From positions 64,001-128,000 of the forward strand of contig CBDUPA010000013.1 of NCBI GenBank assembly GCA_965368975.1: DNA of 64,000 nt. The letters run 5' to 3'. The stretch comes from an uncultured bacterium (GTDB lineage: Bacteria; Acidobacteriota; Thermoanaerobaculia; Multivoradales; JAHZIX01). Every line of letters starts with the position of its first letter. The stretch's first letter is position 1. The translations under genes and the position numbers were made by a program. Shown in pieces: positions 18,742-29,078 of the stretch. The notes under the pieces are model-generated. The model did no database searches, was not told where the DNA came from, and worked only from the letters and a program-made list of their open reading frames with translations.

Positions 18742-19830
18742 TCAGTAAACGCCGACCGTGACCGAGGTCTTGAGGCTGGAGAGCAGCCGCAGATTGCTCA
18801 CGCCGTCCCAAGGGTAGAGTGCCGTCGGTTCGGTTCGTTCACCTTCGTCGCGTTCCGGAAAGCGCGGCATGAAGAACTCGCGCGTCAGTGTGGTGAGCAA
18901 CACGCGACCGGTCTGTCCGTAGTCTACCGCCTTGTCAAGGTCCTCAGGGTCGACGATCTCGAAAATGGCGCGCGGAGCTGGCGCGTAGTAGGTGATCGTG
19001 TAGTCCTTGAGCTGCGGATCGAACGGCTTGGACTTGGCCAGCCCCATCAGGGTGTTGCCGTAGACCGGCACGAAGTCGATGCCCGGTACCAGCTCCTCGC
19101 GGGCGAAGCGGTGGAATTGCTTGTTCATCTCCGTGCCGCCGCAGAAGATGCCCCGGATACCCAGCTTGGCCAGGTCGACCTTCTCGCACAGCGCTTCGAG
19201 CAGCTTGGGCGTGGTGAAGATGCAGCGAATCTCGTGCGCGCGCAAAATGGTCAAGCCCTGGTGGATGACGTGTTCCTTGTACGCCTCCATCTCCTCGAAG
19301 CGCTGCGCCCTGAGCAGCTTGTTGACCCAGCGCGGATCGAGGTCGACGTGGAACGCAATACCACCGCGATATTGCGCCAGGTGCTCGATCGCCAGCCGCA
19401 GGCGACGAGGCCCCGTGGGCCCCAGCATCAACCAGTCGGCACCGCGCGGGAAGCCCTCAGAGTCGAGCGAGTCGGCCATCTCTTCGTAGTCGACGCGGAA
19501 GTCGTTGATGTTGATGCGGCTCTTGGGAACACCAGTAGAACCTCCTGTCTCGAACACGGAGACCGGCTGATCCGCTAGGGCCCGAGGCACCCAGCGGCGA
19601 ACCGGGCCACCGCGCAGCCACTCGTCTTGGAAGTGACCGAGCAGCTTGAGGTCGTCGTAGTTGCCAATCTCCTTGCGCGGGTCGAAGTCGAGCCCTCGCG
19701 CGTACTCGAGCCAGAAAGGGCAGCCACTGGCGGGATCGAAGTGCCAGGAGACCATCTCGCGGACGTGCTCGTCGAGACGGTCGCGGGCGGCGGCAATGGC
19801 GTCGGAAAGAGGGGTGCTGAGAGTATCCAT
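18742..19830 (-). CDS. GriC/EhpF-like (LuxE/PaaK superfamily) adenylate-forming protein
   Basis: WHFDPASGCPFW, ETGGSTGVPK P-loop, DLDPRWV, YGNTLMG motifs typical of the EhpF/GriC family. Confidence 0.75.
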   Translation of the reverse strand: MDTLSTPLSDAIAAARDRLDEHVREMVSWHFDPASGCPFWLEYARGLDFDPRKEIGNYDDLKLLGHFQDEWLRGGPVRRWVPRALADQPVSVFETGGSTGVPKSRININDFRVDYEEMADSLDSEGFPRGADWLMLGPTGPRRLRLAIEHLAQYRGGIAFHVDLDPRWVNKLLRAQRFEEMEAYKEHVIHQGLTILRAHEIRCIFTTPKLLEALCEKVDLAKLGIRGIFCGGTEMNKQFHRFAREELVPGIDFVPVYGNTLMGLAKSKPFDPQLKDYTITYYAPAPRAIFEIVDPEDLDKAVDYGQTGRVLLTTLTREFFMPRFPERDEGERTEPTALYPWDGVSNLRLLSSLKTSVTVGVY

Positions 19831-20064
19831 GGAGTGCTCGGCCCGAGTGCGAGGTCAGCGGGAAAGCGCGCTGGTCGCGCGCCCGAAGGTGTCAACTACG
19901 ACTCTCCTGGTACGTCCGCGCGGTCGGCAAGGTTGCTTTGCCGTGCACCGCCGAGGTCGTTCGAAGATTCGTCTTCCGAGGGTTCGTAGCCAACCGACCG
20001 CCGGATGTGCCGGCGGTCGGATTCTGTGTCGTTGTGCAGTCTACCGCCCGAAGGCGCGGCGGAC

Positions 20065-21573
20065 TCAGCCGTCCGACGGCTTCAGCATCGCGCCTTCTTT
20101 GAGCGCGAACAACTGCGTGCGGCTCAGTATGTAGAGCACGCCGTCCTGCGCCACCGGTGTGGTGTAGACAGCGCTGCCCAGGTTGATCTCGGCCAGCACC
20201 TTCTTGGTCTTACTGTGCTCGAGCACAACCAGGTCGCCGTCCTCGTCGCCCAGGTAAACCTTGCCATCGGCAACGAAGGGCGAACCCCAGACCGCGGCGA
20301 AGGCGTCGTAGGTCCAGTAGTGCTCACCGGTATCGGCGTTGAGCGCGTAGAGGAAGCCAGACAGGTCTGCGGCGTAGGCGATGTCGTCCTTGATCGCGAC
20401 CGTCGAGATGGTGCGGTGGAAGTCTTCGCCACCGCGGTGCCAGATCACCGCCTTGTCGGTGACGTCCCCACGCTGCTTGCCGTCGACCACCCACAGGTGT
20501 CCCGGTCCCTCACCGTGCTCGGGATCCTGGCCGACCGCGATGTAGACACGGTCCTTGTGAATCACCGGCGTCGAGATGATGTTGTTGCGCGTGCCGGCGC
20601 CACCGAGACGCCACTGCGAGTCCTTGGGGTTGCAGTCGAACTTCCAGATCAGGTCGCCGGTCTTGGGGTCGAGCGAGTAGAGCCAGCCATCGCCCCCCGG
20701 GTAGATCAGCATCGGCGTGCCGCCGATGACGCCATACGACGGGTTCGACCAGCTACCGTGCAGGATGTTCTCGCCCGGCATGGTGTTGTCCCACACCAGC
20801 TTACCGGTGTCCTTGTGCACCGCGACCAGGCTGGGGCCGAAGGGCGACGGCACGTTGACGTGGCCCTCGTCGACACCATTGCCCGTCACCGCGTACACCA
20901 GGTCGCCGACGATCAGCGGCGAGCCGGCAGCCAGGTTGTGCGGGAAGACGTCCAACTCGCCGATCAGGTCGAGCGACCAGATCAGATCCGGGCCGTTCTC
21001 GGACTTGTCGTTCTCGTCCTTGATCGGACCGTCGTTCTCGCCGTCGTGCAAGCCCTCGGTGTCGGCGCACACGAGTTCAGCGCGGTTGGACACGTAGTAG
21101 AGGCGATCCCCTTCGATGTAGGGCGTCGAGCAGATCCCCTGCAGTGGCCAGTCGTGCACGCGGCCATCGGGCAGTTTGGTGTGGGTGGACTGCCAGAGCA
21201 GCGCTCCGTTCTCGAGGTCGAAGGCCATGATCACACCGCGGTCACCGGTGAGCTGGGGGTTCTTCTCGGCCTCGTTGTTGGTGCCGACGTAAACCTTGCC
21301 ACCGGCCACGACCGGTCCAGCGTAGCTTTGCGAGCCGACGCGGGCTGTCCACAGGATGTTCTTGCCACTCGCCGGGTCGAATTCGGTCGGCAGACCGGTC
21401 TCGTCGGACACCATGTTGCGGGACGGCGTGTTGCCGTACATCGCGACTTCCTGGGCCTGCACGGCCGGAGTTCCTACCAAGCCTGACGACAGAAGGGCCG
21501 CCACCAGGATCAGGGCCAGCGCCCACGCTTGCACCATCGGGATCGAGTTTGCGCGTCTCGAGGTCGTGCTCAT
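20065..21573 (-). CDS. PQQ-type beta-propeller protein, secreted
   Basis: Signal peptide; MYGNTPSRNM; Trp-docking repeats. Confidence 0.85.
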   Translation of the reverse strand: MSTTSRRANSIPMVQAWALALILVAALLSSGLVGTPAVQAQEVAMYGNTPSRNMVSDETGLPTEFDPASGKNILWTARVGSQSYAGPVVAGGKVYVGTNNEAEKNPQLTGDRGVIMAFDLENGALLWQSTHTKLPDGRVHDWPLQGICSTPYIEGDRLYYVSNRAELVCADTEGLHDGENDGPIKDENDKSENGPDLIWSLDLIGELDVFPHNLAAGSPLIVGDLVYAVTGNGVDEGHVNVPSPFGPSLVAVHKDTGKLVWDNTMPGENILHGSWSNPSYGVIGGTPMLIYPGGDGWLYSLDPKTGDLIWKFDCNPKDSQWRLGGAGTRNNIISTPVIHKDRVYIAVGQDPEHGEGPGHLWVVDGKQRGDVTDKAVIWHRGGEDFHRTISTVAIKDDIAYAADLSGFLYALNADTGEHYWTYDAFAAVWGSPFVADGKVYLGDEDGDLVVLEHSKTKKVLAEINLGSAVYTTPVAQDGVLYILSRTQLFALKEGAMLKPSDG

Positions 21574-23843
21574 TCGCTTACCATCACTTTCACGTTGTCA
21601 TAGTAAATGTCTACCGGCGCGTAGCCGTAGAGGCCGGGGCTGCCAGTCTCGATTGGCAGCGTGTCTTCCACCACCAGAGTCCAGTCGCCCGGCTCGGCCT
21701 CGTCTCGCGGCCACACTTTACCGCGGATGATCGCCTTGCCTTCCGCCTGGTCGACGCGCAGTTTCATGGTGTACCAGCGGTCCATGTCCCAGGCATAGTC
21801 GATCCGCTGCATCATCCGTAGCTCAGCCGCCCAGGAGCGAACTTCCAGGCGCTGGTGATTGCCCTGCAAGTCGAGGGTGTAGCCGCCATTGATGACACCC
21901 GCGTCAGGCCTGCGGCGGCCTTCCTGGGTGCCTTTGAAGTCGACCTGGACGGTATAGCCGGACATGTCGGTGGGACCGAGGAAAGGGGTCGAGCGCGGTA
22001 CGCCCCGCGGCGCGCGCGGCATGTGCAAGACCTTGCCGGTCACCGCCGGATCCTCGATCTCGGCAACCGCAGCGCGGCCGGCGATACCGATCCAGATCTC
22101 AGGGACCGAGCCAACCTCGAGAGCTTCGAAGTCTTCCTCGATCGGCAGCGGACCGAAGACGCGCAGCCACGACTTGGCCGCCCGCTCCCCGACCTTGGCG
22201 ACGACTTGGCCGGTCTGGCCCGCGGTCGCGGCGTCGGTGCTGAACGTGCCGTCGCCATCGACGGCACCTTGCAGACTCTCCAGCGTCCAGGTGACATCGT
22301 CGACCGGTCCCAAGTAGTTGCCGTGCGCGTCATAGCCACGCACTTCGAAGTCCTGCGACTCCCCGGAGCGCAGCAGCTGTACCGCCGGCACCACCTGCAG
22401 TTGCGCCAGGGTTCCTTCGCCGCCAGTCGGTTTACCAGTCGGGTTGGCAGTAGCCTGCGCGGCGGGCGTGGCGGCCTGCATCAGCTGCGGGAACGGCTGG
22501 CTCTTGTCACCCAGCGCATAGATGCCTTCTTCCGTCGTGAAGTAGATGCGGCCGTAGGCGATCGCCGCCGAACCGTAGATCTCAGCGTAGCGGCCGTCGG
22601 GCATCTCGATATGTACCTCGTGCACCACCGTTCCCTCGGCAGCTTCCCCGCCCTCCGTGGGCGGCTCGACGATCAGCACGTTGCCGTTGACCTCATTGAT
22701 GTAGATGCGGCCGTCGGCCCACACCGGTGAAGCCTTGCCGACATTGCCGTAGTTGACTTCCCACAACGGCTTGCCGCTGGACGCTTCGAGGGCGTGCAGG
22801 TTGGCCGAATTGTCGGCCACGTAGAGGCGGCCCTCGTGCAACAATGGCGTCGGGAAGCCCGAGGAGATATCGCTACGCCAGCGCTCGTGTGTCTTGGTCA
22901 CGTCGCCGCTGCCGGTAGCGTCGATCGCCACCACGCGGCCCATCACCGCCGAGTCGATGTTTTCTTCGCTGTGCGCGGCGTAGACGGTAGCACCGTCCGC
23001 CACGACCGAGGCGTTGATACCGCGCTGGCTGAGGTGGAACTGCCACACCAGCTTACCGGTCCGTGACTGCAGCGCGTAGATCCAGCCATCGGCACCGCCG
23101 CCGACCACCAGCCGCTGACCGTCGACCTCGGTGATCACCGGAATACTCTGGGTGTTGAAGTCGGCGACGCCGGTACCAACGGTGGTGAACCACAGCACCT
23201 CACCGGTGCGCTTGTCGAAGGCGTAAAAGCGGTGCCGCGGGCCAGCTTCTTTGCCCCACATCTTGCCGATCAGACTGATGATCATGCGGTCTTCGTCGAG
23301 GATCGGCGTGTGCGTGCGGCCGCCATAGCCCGAGAAGCGCCCCAGTTCCTCGAAGGTGCGGCGCGTCCAGACGATCTCGCCGTCGCGATCGAAGCACACG
23401 AGCTGGCCATCGACGTTGGTGACGTAGAGGTAGCCGGTCTCGGGATCCCCCGCCACACTCCCCCAGCCAACCCGGTTGAAAGGCACCGTCGTGTTGTACA
23501 CGTTGAACGTGCGCTGCCACAGTAGCTCACCGCTCTCGGCGTTCCAGCACGCCACGATCTCTTGCTTGGTGGCGCCGTCACCCGTACGGCCGTTGGCGCA
23601 CGCGCGACCGTCGAAGACCGCCGGCGTCGAACGGCCGGTGAAGTCATGACGCCAGATTAGATGCTCGCCGTCCAGGGACCACGACGTGATCAGGTCGCTG
23701 GCCGTCGACACACCGGTCTGCTGCGGTCCGCGCCAGCCGGCCCACTCTTCCACCGCGGTCGCGGGTCCGGCCATCGCTACCGCCGCCAGGATGGCGATCG
23801 AGGCGGCGACGAGAGCCACCGCATACTTCAAATTTTTGCGCAT
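21570..23843 (-). CDS. Large PQQ-type beta-propeller with C-terminal Ig-like and ConA/lectin-like domains
   Basis: Signal peptide from ATG 23843 (GGAGG RBS); WAGWRGP; propeller repeats; C-terminal WYTMKLRV...IYYDNVKV beta-sandwich pattern. Confidence 0.8.
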   Translation of the reverse strand: MRKNLKYAVALVAASIAILAAVAMAGPATAVEEWAGWRGPQQTGVSTASDLITSWSLDGEHLIWRHDFTGRSTPAVFDGRACANGRTGDGATKQEIVACWNAESGELLWQRTFNVYNTTVPFNRVGWGSVAGDPETGYLYVTNVDGQLVCFDRDGEIVWTRRTFEELGRFSGYGGRTHTPILDEDRMIISLIGKMWGKEAGPRHRFYAFDKRTGEVLWFTTVGTGVADFNTQSIPVITEVDGQRLVVGGGADGWIYALQSRTGKLVWQFHLSQRGINASVVADGATVYAAHSEENIDSAVMGRVVAIDATGSGDVTKTHERWRSDISSGFPTPLLHEGRLYVADNSANLHALEASSGKPLWEVNYGNVGKASPVWADGRIYINEVNGNVLIVEPPTEGGEAAEGTVVHEVHIEMPDGRYAEIYGSAAIAYGRIYFTTEEGIYALGDKSQPFPQLMQAATPAAQATANPTGKPTGGEGTLAQLQVVPAVQLLRSGESQDFEVRGYDAHGNYLGPVDDVTWTLESLQGAVDGDGTFSTDAATAGQTGQVVAKVGERAAKSWLRVFGPLPIEEDFEALEVGSVPEIWIGIAGRAAVAEIEDPAVTGKVLHMPRAPRGVPRSTPFLGPTDMSGYTVQVDFKGTQEGRRRPDAGVINGGYTLDLQGNHQRLEVRSWAAELRMMQRIDYAWDMDRWYTMKLRVDQAEGKAIIRGKVWPRDEAEPGDWTLVVEDTLPIETGSPGLYGYAPVDIYYDNVKVMVSE

Positions 23844-24019
23844 TGTCGGGATCCTCCGTACGGCCCGGAGCAAACCCACCGGCAGCCGGCTTCAGGCCGG
23901 TGCCGCGAGATTCATCAGCGAGTATCGATAGGGAACGGAAGTGGGAGAGGTGGGAATGTGGGCCGGTCATCCATAGACACGTTGATCCTACTATGGATGT
24001 CGGAGACTGGGCAAGAGGG

Positions 24020-25501
24020 CTACCCTGCCAGCAGCTCACCACCGATCCACGCTTGAACCAAAGGCACTTCTTCGGACGCCAACTCCAGCTGTGCACGCTC
24101 GCACAGGGTGAAGACATTGAGCAGGAAGGTCCGCGCCAACTTCTCTGGTCGCTCCGCTCCGCCACCGTCTTCGGCCGCCCGGCCCAGCGGATGGCCAGCA
24201 AAGTTGATGCCCCGCAGCACAAAGTTCACGTCCGCACGCCCCACCGGAAACCCCCTCTGGTTGCAGGAATCGCGCACGGCCTTGGAGGTATGGGTCAAGT
24301 GGTAGTTCTTGTCGTTGACTTCCCTGGCGATCTCGTCGAACAGGACATCGAACGTCGCGGGCGGCAAGTACGGTACCTCCGTGAGGTCGTGCACCTTACG
24401 AGCGACTGCAGCCAGTTCCGGAGCCTGCTCGGCCCAGTCGAGGATCTCGCGCGCCGGGGTTTCAGCCACAGTGTGGCGCTCAGGGTCATAGACCAGGCCG
24501 GGCATGACGTCCGAGATGCGCAGCGAGCCGAGGTCGAGGCGCTCCAGGAAGGCTTTGAACGAACCCGCCCCCTGCCAGCCGCCAGCGCGCACGGGGTCAC
24601 CGAAGTGTTGACTCAGGCGGTGCGCCAACATGGCCAGATGCACCGGGTCGTCCGCCTCCAGGACCTGCGCGGTCACGAAGCGGGCAACCTCGTCCAGTTG
24701 CGGCACGCTCTTGCCAGCCCCGTTTCGCACAGCCGCATCCAACTCGACCCGCCAAGCCTGTGCATCGGTGCCACTCTCGACCAAGCGGACACCGGTCCCG
24801 GCCGTCAACAGCGCCTCCGTCATTGGCCGCAAGCCACCGAAACCAAGCCAATCCTGGCTGCGCCGGAACTCCTCGAAGCGTTTATAGAAAGAGGGCAACT
24901 CGGCTGCCTGCAGGCCGCCCGTGAGCCCCACCTGCGCCTCCAGTTCTCGCGCGATGCGGGGTAGCACTTCGTTCACCGCTTCGCTGGTTTCCAAGTCCAC
25001 ATCGAGCGACAGGCCACGCTGCAGGAAAGCGTCGTTGTCCAGCACCGTGTCGGCAGCCGCCTTGTAGGCCGTCGAAGCCGGGCCGACAGCCAGCACCGTG
25101 GTACGCCGATCGTGCTTGCGCAGACGCAGCAGCACAGGGGTGAAGTCGGCGTCACCCGAGAATAGAATGAACTCGTCGAAGTGCGTCTGGTGGTGCAGCA
25201 GGGCCATGATGTCCAGGGCCATCAGCATATCTGTGCTGGTCTTGCCCTGGGCCGTCAGGGACGGACAATCCACCACTTCGAAGGCGGAACGGATCAGGTA
25301 GGGCCTGAAACGCTGGAAAGGACGGGGGTTCATGTAGCAACGGCGCACCAAGATGCGCCGCTCGGGCCCGCCGCTGCGCTCCAAGAACTGTAGCCACAGC
25401 TCCGGCTTGGTGGCGAAGCGTTCCGCCGCTTCCGGCTGCTCGCGGTCAAGGCCGATATAGACGTTGTCGAAGTCGATGAAGAGTGCGCTACGTAAAGCCA
25501 A
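24020..25501 (-). CDS. NYN (LabA-like PIN fold) domain protein with probable LOTUS/OST-HTH-like repeats
   Basis: ALFIDFDN, GKTSTD, SGDADF; repeated WxGxG segments; TTG 25501 after GGAGG. Confidence 0.85.
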   Translation of the reverse strand: MALRSALFIDFDNVYIGLDREQPEAAERFATKPELWLQFLERSGGPERRILVRRCYMNPRPFQRFRPYLIRSAFEVVDCPSLTAQGKTSTDMLMALDIMALLHHQTHFDEFILFSGDADFTPVLLRLRKHDRRTTVLAVGPASTAYKAAADTVLDNDAFLQRGLSLDVDLETSEAVNEVLPRIARELEAQVGLTGGLQAAELPSFYKRFEEFRRSQDWLGFGGLRPMTEALLTAGTGVRLVESGTDAQAWRVELDAAVRNGAGKSVPQLDEVARFVTAQVLEADDPVHLAMLAHRLSQHFGDPVRAGGWQGAGSFKAFLERLDLGSLRISDVMPGLVYDPERHTVAETPAREILDWAEQAPELAAVARKVHDLTEVPYLPPATFDVLFDEIAREVNDKNYHLTHTSKAVRDSCNQRGFPVGRADVNFVLRGINFAGHPLGRAAEDGGGAERPEKLARTFLLNVFTLCERAQLELASEEVPLVQAWIGGELLAG

Positions 25502-25910
25502 GGTGCATGCCTCCGGCAAGGTTAAAAGTCTCTGGCCTAGAACGCGGCAAGGGCACGTCGGCGAGACCATGGGCGCATGTCGTCGCCATTTTCTTCGCCT
25601 TCCAGAGGTCGCGGACGCAACCTTGGGCAAGCTAGAAAGTAGCGGTAGCAGGGCGGGAGAAACGCCCCGGCGAGCTAGGCAAACGCACCCGGATGCGCTA
25701 AGATCCAGCTCATTGTTGCCGGTGCTCTGTACCCACGCGGTGCCCGCCGCACTTGCCGGCAGTTACATTTACTTAGCTCAGATCTTTCGAGATCTACATC
25801 TCTCTAGGAAGGGTGGACGCGATTCCTCCCATCCCTGCCAGGTTCATCGATTCGGCCTCGCTTCGTTGCGTGCCCAAGCCGGCCACGCTGCTCTAGCTCT
25901 ATACAGTCTG

Positions 25911-25960
25911 GGAACTTACCTATCCGGAACTTACCGTCCTGGCACTTACCGTGGCGGAAT
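25911..25960. repeat. 15-bp-period direct repeat GG(A/C)ACTTACC x3
   Basis: Copies start at 25911, 25926 and 25941, with a degenerate fourth at 25956; intergenic, upstream of the DUF4132 gene. Confidence 0.75.
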
Positions 25961-26041
25961 CTGCAGCTAGCAATCTGCACTCCAGATCCTCGACGCACAT
26001 CGGGCCGCTATGCTCTCTCTTGACCTCATGGAGTCGAAGCC

Positions 26042-29000
26042 TTGAGAACTACCATCGACAAGACCAAAACTCGCATCGTGCACCAGCTGCGCCGCCTTGC
26101 CGGGCGCTTCCGGCCGCCACTGCGCAATCATGCTCGCCTGTCGGATGAAGAGCTCGACTTGCTCGCGCGCCACCTCTCGGGCCTGCACGAGATCGATCCG
26201 GCGCTACCCTGGCGATTGCTCTGTTACCTGGTCGACGGTAGTCAGACCGAAATGCTGCAATTGCTGCGCGAGAACTCGACGCGTGCCGCACGCCGGCTCG
26301 ACGTGCAAGTTGTGCACCCGGGACGCAACGAGGGCAAGACGCCGCGCGAGCGCTTTTTCCAGCAGCAGCGGATCGACGACCCCGCCTTCTTCCTGCGCAT
26401 GGCCGCGGTCTATCAGGCCGCCGCAGGCGACACACCGCCGCACCGTCGCTTGCAGTGGCTGACGGAATCAACCCCCGCCTGGTACGAGACCTTCGTGTGG
26501 CAAACGGTCGGCTTCGAGCCGGCGCCCGACGAGTTGGTTCCGGGCGTCAGCGCTACGGTGCTGGCGCGCATGCTGGAAACCGATGGCTGCGGTACCGACG
26601 TGATCGCACGCATGGCGTTCGAACTCCCGCCGGAGAACGTCGAGTTCAGCGCTCAGGACCGTGCCGCCGTGCGCACCTTCGGCCGCCTGCCACAGATCGG
26701 GGCGGTGATCAACCGTCACCCCGAGGTCGTGCGCCAGGCCCTCGAAGAAGGTGACGCCGAACACGTTGCCTACATCCTGCGCACGCTCGAAGGCGCGAAT
26801 GCAGATCCGAAGCCGTTCAGCGACCTGCTCGCCCATGTGGCCGTATCGGATGCCGCCGAACGGGTACGGACGACCGCAGAGCTGCTGCTGCGCCGGGCCG
26901 GCACACGCGCGCTCGAGCCGGTACGCGAACTGTGCTCGAGCACCGACTCTGCACGCCGACGCCGGGCCGTCGAGCTGCTCGTCCGCCTCGACGGCAACGC
27001 CAGTAGCTTCCTCCAGGATCGGGTGCAGGACGAGACCGACGGTGACGTGCGCGAGGTGATCGAGGACGTGCTGCACACACCCAACCGCCTCGACGACGGT
27101 GGTCTGCGCGACATGCTCTCGCCACTGCCACCCGTGCAGCTGGAAGGATCTCTGCCCGAATCCGTGCGTGCCGATCTCTTTGCCCTGTGCGACGCCTGGC
27201 GTGAGCGCCAGCAGACTGAACCCGAGCCGCGCTGGGGCCGGGGGCGACCGGCAGCTCCCGCCTTGCCGCAGCCACGCGTCATACAAGCGGCGGACCAGCT
27301 CGACAGCACCGAGATCGGCCGCCGCCCGGGCCCCTTGCTTTCCGACCTTCTGCGCGACGGTGAGTTCGTACCCAAAGTCGAGGCTTTCGTACGCCGGCCC
27401 GAGCTGCAACCGCTGCACTTGGTGCGCCTGCTGTGTCTGTTCGACGACCTGGAAGTAGATCCCGAAGAAGGCATCCTGCGCTCGCGGTTGTTGCCCGACG
27501 TACTGGAACGCATCCACAAGCGCGACCGCGCTTTCGGCTTGCGCCAGGCCGCGGGGCTGCTGGAAGCCGTGGGTCTGGACGCCGATGCGCTCGGGCGGAC
27601 CGAGCTGAGCGACCCGGAGTACTTACCCACATGGCCCGACGACGCCCGCTGGCCCTACTTCGCCGAGCACCTCGAGGTACTGATGGAAGGCCTGCGCCCG
27701 TTGTCGGGCGAAGGCCGGACCGAAACCCTGCAGGCCCGGCGGCTGCATGCGCTCGAGCTCCTGCAGACGCTCCCCCACCTGCCACCCGTCTTCCAGCAAC
27801 TGTGTTGGCAGCTCGCTCTCGAGAGCGATTCCGAAGAGGAGCGGACGGTGGCAGAGCGCTGCCTCACCGCACAGCCGATCCAGCTGATCGTGTCCCTGCA
27901 CGACGCTGACCCGCAGGTGCGCAGCCAGGCGGCGCGCTGGCTGGCCGACTTGCAGGTGCGCGAAGCACGGCCGGCGCTCGAAGAGGCCCTGCGCGGTGAG
28001 CTAGATGTCGAGGTGGCACTGCAGTTGGAACGAGCGCTCGTCTCCCTGGCTCCGGAAGCAGCTGCGGATCTCACCCCTGCTGCCGCCGACCTGCTGGTTG
28101 GCGATCGCTCGCCGCTCAACGACCGACAGCAGCAGCTGGCCGACAGCCTCTACGAGGCCCTGTGCATGCAGACCGAGTGGCCGCTGGAGACCTGGTACCG
28201 CGACTGGGGCCGGAATCCGATCGCAGCGCCTGTCTGCCGGCGCTTGGTATGGGGAGCTCACGACAGCGGCGGCAACCTGCGTGCGACCTTCCGTCCGCTC
28301 GCCGATGGCTCGCTGGTCGATGCCACCGGTGAGGCGGTCTCGATCGAAGGCATGACCAGTATCCGCCTCAGCCACGAATGCACTGTGAACACAGAAGTCA
28401 GCGACGCCTGGCTGGGCCATTTCGAAGAACATGGAGTCGAACCACCGTTCGCGCAGTTCGGCCGGGGTGTCTTCCACCTGCCCGACGATCGGCAGCAAGA
28501 GCAGCTGCTGCACGAGTTCGAGGGCAACATCGTGCAGGCTGGAACGCTCGAACGCCTGACGCGACGCCTCGGCTACCACTTGACCACCAACGGTGCCGGC
28601 TCGGAACAAGGACGAAGCTACGTCAAGCCTCTCACGGACCTGCGCCTCAACCTGCTTCTGGAGGTTGCCGGCGAAGCAGAAGCCGCGGACAGCCCGATGG
28701 CGCTGCGCTACCTGGTCTTCTTCAGCGATGGTGGCACTGGTCGCAGCACACCCTTGCGTCTGCGGCAGGTACCGCCGGTCTTGCTGGCCGAAGCTTGGCA
28801 GCACCTTCGGACGCTGGCCAACGCCGGCGAGGGCTACGATCACTCGTGGCGTATGCGCACGGGCCTCGGCGAGAACGATGACGAAGCGTTTGCGGACGGC
28901 GAGATCGGCGCGAGTGACGGCACCGCTGACGACGAAGCCAGGGCTGCACAAGCGCACCTCGAGGACTCCGACGACGTGACGGAGACGGCAGCCCCCTCCG

Positions 29001-29050
29001 CCGCGCCACAAGCCACGACAGAGGCCTCCGCACCGTCGCCGTCGATCTAG
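26042..29050 (+). CDS. HEAT-repeat protein with C-terminal DUF4132-like domain
   Basis: HEAT-like repeats (VRSQAARWL); RRLVW, QPPFAQF-type and VPPVLLAE segments. Confidence 0.7.
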   Translation: MRTTIDKTKTRIVHQLRRLAGRFRPPLRNHARLSDEELDLLARHLSGLHEIDPALPWRLLCYLVDGSQTEMLQLLRENSTRAARRLDVQVVHPGRNEGKTPRERFFQQQRIDDPAFFLRMAAVYQAAAGDTPPHRRLQWLTESTPAWYETFVWQTVGFEPAPDELVPGVSATVLARMLETDGCGTDVIARMAFELPPENVEFSAQDRAAVRTFGRLPQIGAVINRHPEVVRQALEEGDAEHVAYILRTLEGANADPKPFSDLLAHVAVSDAAERVRTTAELLLRRAGTRALEPVRELCSSTDSARRRRAVELLVRLDGNASSFLQDRVQDETDGDVREVIEDVLHTPNRLDDGGLRDMLSPLPPVQLEGSLPESVRADLFALCDAWRERQQTEPEPRWGRGRPAAPALPQPRVIQAADQLDSTEIGRRPGPLLSDLLRDGEFVPKVEAFVRRPELQPLHLVRLLCLFDDLEVDPEEGILRSRLLPDVLERIHKRDRAFGLRQAAGLLEAVGLDADALGRTELSDPEYLPTWPDDARWPYFAEHLEVLMEGLRPLSGEGRTETLQARRLHALELLQTLPHLPPVFQQLCWQLALESDSEEERTVAERCLTAQPIQLIVSLHDADPQVRSQAARWLADLQVREARPALEEALRGELDVEVALQLERALVSLAPEAAADLTPAAADLLVGDRSPLNDRQQQLADSLYEALCMQTEWPLETWYRDWGRNPIAAPVCRRLVWGAHDSGGNLRATFRPLADGSLVDATGEAVSIEGMTSIRLSHECTVNTEVSDAWLGHFEEHGVEPPFAQFGRGVFHLPDDRQQEQLLHEFEGNIVQAGTLERLTRRLGYHLTTNGAGSEQGRSYVKPLTDLRLNLLLEVAGEAEAADSPMALRYLVFFSDGGTGRSTPLRLRQVPPVLLAEAWQHLRTLANAGEGYDHSWRMRTGLGENDDEAFADGEIGASDGTADDEARAAQAHLEDSDDVTETAAPSAAPQATTEASAPSPSI

Positions 29051-29078
29051 CTGAGCGTCCGCTGGCTGAACCCCAGAC

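Noticed and set aside
17212-19830. luxC/luxE bioluminescence genes
   Set aside because: No luxA/B/D; motifs fit the GriC/EhpF and GriD types better
10459-23843. BamB or classical PQQ alcohol/glucose dehydrogenases
   Set aside because: No der/yfgM context, no pqq genes and no recognisable catalytic signatures; only the propeller repeat is supported
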